Assembly: GCF_000239375.1 (NCBI RefSeq)
Contig: NW_005187432.1
Coordinates: 1,090,530-1,101,684 of the forward strand
DNA length: 11,155 nt
Direction: 5' to 3'
From: Pundamilia nyererei
Taxonomy: Eukaryota
Part shown: piece after piece, positions 8,189-11,155 of the stretch
How positions within the stretch are numbered: position 1 is the first letter of the stretch
How the letters are laid out: each line of letters starts with the position of its first letter
The notes under the pieces: generated by a model
What the model saw: only the letters and a program-made list of their open reading frames with translations
The model's database searches: none
Told to the model about the DNA's origin: nothing
Translations under genes and position numbers: made by a program

Positions 8189-8260
8189 AAGCCAACCGAT
8201 AAACAGATCAAGGAGTGGGCGGACTTGGTCAGATCAAATGCATCAATTCTAAAGAACTTT
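8189..8260 (+). CDS. tep1: tep1 TROVE exon: KPTDKQIKEWADLVRSNASILKNF
   Basis: Acceptor tctgtgacttccag|AAG and donor TTT|GTAAGTCA. 24 codons, phase 0 to 0. Confidence 0.8.
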
Positions 8261-9549
8261 GTAAGTCAATACACTTTACTGTTGTGTCACTAAATAAGGC
8301 ACTTCCTTTCAGTTCCTTTCTGTCTTTCTATTTTTTTTTTTAGTTACTGTTTAATGAAGTGCTTTCTTAAAATAGACCTATTATGCTGGTTCTTATTTCC
8401 TGTCATATATACAAGGCTATAAGCAGGCTTTACTAATTAGTGAGGCCCAGAACTTTATTTTCTCTTAATGTTTTATATTTAAGTCATAGTGCTTGTGCTC
8501 CAGTGACTAGCAGAAAAGGCTACACTTTTGAGGAGACAACATCCTGCTTTTTCAAGAGTAACTGTATATATAGAAATATGTATATGGAGTTTTGTGTGTA
8601 TAAAACAATTAATTAAAACAAAATACAGATTCATTCATTCACTAGAAAATAAACTAGCACAAGGGGAAAAGTTACTTAATCCATATTTCTGTCTCTCCTG
8701 TGCCGGTGGCTCACTCTTCCTACCTAAACCAACCAATTATCCATTCTTATGAGTCATGCTTCAACCAAACCCCCCAAACACAATCCAGTGAGAGGAACAC
8801 TACGGTGGGCCGTAACTCTTTAGAATTTCCATGGAGTTATTTTAAAGTGAAAATCATCTTGAGCATCACACAATGATTCATGTTACCAATTACTGTAATA
8901 GGCATATTACTTGCTTGCTAGCACGCAGTTGTACCGCCTTTTGCCTTGAGCACAGAAGCTCCACACACCTGCTGTTCAAACCAGTTTTTGACAAACGACC
9001 AATCAGGAAAAAGTTGACTTAAAATGAGAAGAGCTAAAACAACTTGTTTCAGAGAGAGTATGAGTTGTTCTTATCATGAAAATCTGCTAACTACTAAGAA
9101 ATTGCAGCTTCTAGCCTTCCAGTAGTGTGCACCTTTATGATTTTATGAGTGAAAACTAAACTAAAATGTGTGTTTCGTTTTGTCGTGTAAATAATTATAT
9201 TTTGCTGTTTATGTCAATTTTCTACACATCTTTGCTGAGCACAGTTGGATGTGCACCTCCTGCTGCAAGCTTCTGTGCAATGGGCTTAATCATAAACGTA
9301 ATGGATCTCATAGATTAAGCAAACTCTTTTCTGACCTAAAGGGAAAAGTGCTAAAATATAAAAAGAAAGGACAAGATTGTGAGATCATTTAGTGCAGATT
9401 GAGTTGAAAAAGTTCCTGCTAAACAACTGAAAAAATGAATGACTCATTCATCATTTTAATATTGCTTTTGTTCTCTTGAAAAGCCGTTTTTCTACTCTTG
9501 TTTAAACGTCGGCTATGGCTGCTTTATTTGTGTCTGTGATTGGATGCAG

Positions 9550-9662
9550 TTGCAGTTAAAGGTGGTGGATAAGAAGCAGAGCGAGTTCAGCATAAAGAAG
9601 ATGATCAAGAGGCTTCACATCAAAGAACCGGCTGAACACGTTATGGCCATTCTGGGGAAAAA
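9550..9662 (+). CDS. tep1: tep1 TROVE exon: LQLKVVDKKQSEFSIKKMIKRLHIKEPAEHVMAILGKK
   Basis: Acceptor gtgattggatgcag|TTG and donor AA|GTAAGACC. 113 nt, phase 0 to 2. Confidence 0.85.
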
Positions 9663-10149
9663 GTAAGACCTGCAGAATTGTGCTTCAGAGTTTGTTTCCT
9701 TTCACGTTGCATAAGCACATAAAAAAACATGTAATTCTCATGCTGTTTAATTATGCTTCGTCCACAAGTCCTAATTTTTTTCTGGTGATTGACACCTTGT
9801 TTCTGTTTAGTTGTATGTTTACAGATGCTTGTCATCATATCTGTTCGAGAACCATTTATTAAAATCTTTCTGTACTGGCTATAAATGCTGGAGATAGGAA
9901 GTTAAAGTCTCGCTAAAAATATAAATGTATGCAGTGTTTTCTTTTTTTTGCACTCGAGGTGCATTATCCTTTCTAATTTATAAGATAGCTGGTATGTCTC
10001 AGAGAAATGAATTTGTACTCAATTCTTTGTAAAATGCAGCACATTTTTGTTGGAGTTCCTGTTTTGACCCTCTTTGATATTTATTCTTTAGAGAAATGAA
10101 GGTAGAAATCAGGTGCATATAAAAATGCAGTGTTTTTTGTTGTCATCAG

Positions 10150-10307
10150 GTATCCAGCTGATGTGAAGGCATTCACACACAGTGGAATGAAAGGCGTGTG
10201 GGACAGGGAGAGAGCTGGGCAGCGAATGAAACTTAAGGAGCCGCAGACGTGGGAACGGCTGCTCAGTATGGAGGGCAACAAGGCCGCCACCTGGGAGAAG
10301 CTCATAG
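10150..10307 (+). CDS. tep1: tep1 TROVE exon: (K)YPADVKAFTHSGMKGVWDRERAGQRMKLKEPQTWERLLSMEGNKAATWEKLI(D)
   Basis: Acceptor ttttgttgtcatcag|G and donor ATAG|GTCTGA. The donor is weak, but it is the only one that joins in frame to the next exon. 158 nt, phase 2 to 1. Confidence 0.8.
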
Positions 10308-10614
10308 GTCTGAAAAACAAAAAGCTTAGGCTTTCTATTGAACTGAACAACGTGCACGGGCTTGTTGACCACAGCAGTGCAACCACTGAATCACTTTACC
10401 AAGCACATGATGATAGGAAAAAAAATGCATCATCTTTCCCTCTGTGTGTTCAGTATGTTTCATTCCTTCAAGTTAAAAGCCCTCAATCACTCTTTACAAC
10501 ACATCAATGAATTTTATGTTTAAATTAGTTATTTAATATTTAGTACAGCAGACTTTAAAGTAGACAGAGCATGCGTGTATACATAACCTGCAAATACTCA
10601 AAGATAAACATGAT

Positions 10615-10636
10615 TACACACACACACAGACAGATA
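10615..10636. repeat. Short (CA)n/(CAGA) microsatellite just upstream of the acceptor at 10653
   Basis: acacacacacagacagata seen directly. Confidence 0.6.
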
Positions 10637-10653
10637 ATGTCTCCCCTTCGCAG

Positions 10654-10763
10654 ACACCAAGTCTCTTCCATTCATGGCCATGCTGAGAAATCTGAGGAAC
10701 ATGATTACTAAGGGCATCAGTGAGGCTCATCACAACAAGATCCTCAGCAGACTGACCAATGAG
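10654..10763 (+). CDS. tep1: tep1 TROVE exon: (D)TKSLPFMAMLRNLRNMITKGISEAHHNKILSRLTNE
   Basis: Acceptor tctccccttcgcag|AC and donor AATGAG|GTGAAA. 110 nt, phase 1 to 0. It resembles the Ro60 motif MPLTALLRNLGKMTANSVL. Confidence 0.85.
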
Positions 10764-10886
10764 GTGAAACACACTATAAATCTTTATTTTAAAGCATATA
10801 AAAAGCGAGTAAAAGATGAGTGAAATTGTTTTGCTGTTGAAATTAGCTCATCAGGTTCTCCGTAACTGTTTGTAATTTGTTCACAG

Positions 10887-10965
10887 AAAGCAGTTATTCA
10901 GAGCCGACAGTTTCCTTTTAGATTCCTTGCTGCCTACAAAGTCATCATGGAGCTCTACGCTATGG
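10887..10965 (+). CDS. tep1: tep1 TROVE exon: KAVIQSRQFPFRFLAAYKVIMELYAM(G)
   Basis: Acceptor ttgtaatttgttcacag|AAA and donor ATGG|GTGAGA. 79 nt, phase 0 to 1. It resembles Ro60 ARIHPFHILIALETYKTG. The CDS continues beyond the window. Confidence 0.8.
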
Positions 10966-11155
10966 GTGAGATGCACTATAGTGCAAAAAACATTCCATAT
11001 TCATTATTAAATCAATATTAGTCTATATTACATCAAATAGGCTATTTAAATTTAGATGATTCATTGGAATGTATAATTTGGATCAAATATTGGGTGTAAT
11101 GTGAGGGGAGGCGGGGTGACCCTACAGTCACAGCTGGGATATTTGGGATATTTTT

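Noticed and set aside
8528-8752. 74-aa plus ORF and AT-rich sequence in the tep1 intron between exons 8189-8260 and 9550-9662
   Set aside because: It has no splice signals. Its composition is intron-like, and it contains ttcattcattc and A-rich runs. It is probably non-coding
1-11155. Prokaryotic interpretation of the window (operons, a defence island, CRISPR, or a novel system as hinted in the prompt)
   Set aside because: There are no long contiguous ORFs, no RBS-spaced gene arrays and no repeat-spacer arrays. Instead there are canonical GT-AG introns with polypyrimidine tracts, a CpG island, phase-consistent short exons and a vertebrate LINE fragment. The window is a eukaryotic gene region, and I found no novel multi-gene system in it

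Overview
This window reads as vertebrate nuclear DNA, probably teleost. It has GT-AG introns, a CpG island, and a fragment of a fish-type LINE. It is not a prokaryotic operon, and most ORFs in the six-frame track are artefacts; several of them begin with GTG. From about 4.5 kb to the 3' end, the plus strand carries a chain of phase-consistent exons. Together they encode an N-terminal low-complexity/acidic region followed by a TROVE RNA-binding module. The motifs resemble those of Ro60, for example FMAMLRNLRNM and RQFPFRFLAAYK, but the sequence is too diverged to be Ro60 itself. I therefore read this gene as tep1, the telomerase/vault-associated protein 1, with its 5' end inside the window. Upstream, a CpG-rich region (~2.58-3.76 kb) appears to serve as a bidirectional promoter. 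On the minus strand it holds a GC-rich first coding exon for an unrecognised acidic, Ser-rich protein, which ends at a perfect GTAAGT donor. Further downstream on the minus strand, at 1179-1274, sits a cleanly spliced 96-nt exon encoding a CCHC UBZ-type zinc finger (CPFCSKPFPGGRIEDHLLSC). A UBZ4 finger is a ubiquitin-binding module typical of DNA-damage-response proteins. That exon is phase-compatible with the CpG-island exon. The ~1.9 kb tep1 intron contains, in antisense, the 3' ORF2 tail of a teleost non-LTR retrotransposon. The rest is AT-rich intronic or intergenic sequence with short homopolymer and microsatellite tracts. I found no CRISPR array, RNA gene or defence-island-like architecture. 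All gene names rest on recalled protein motifs and should be confirmed by database search.
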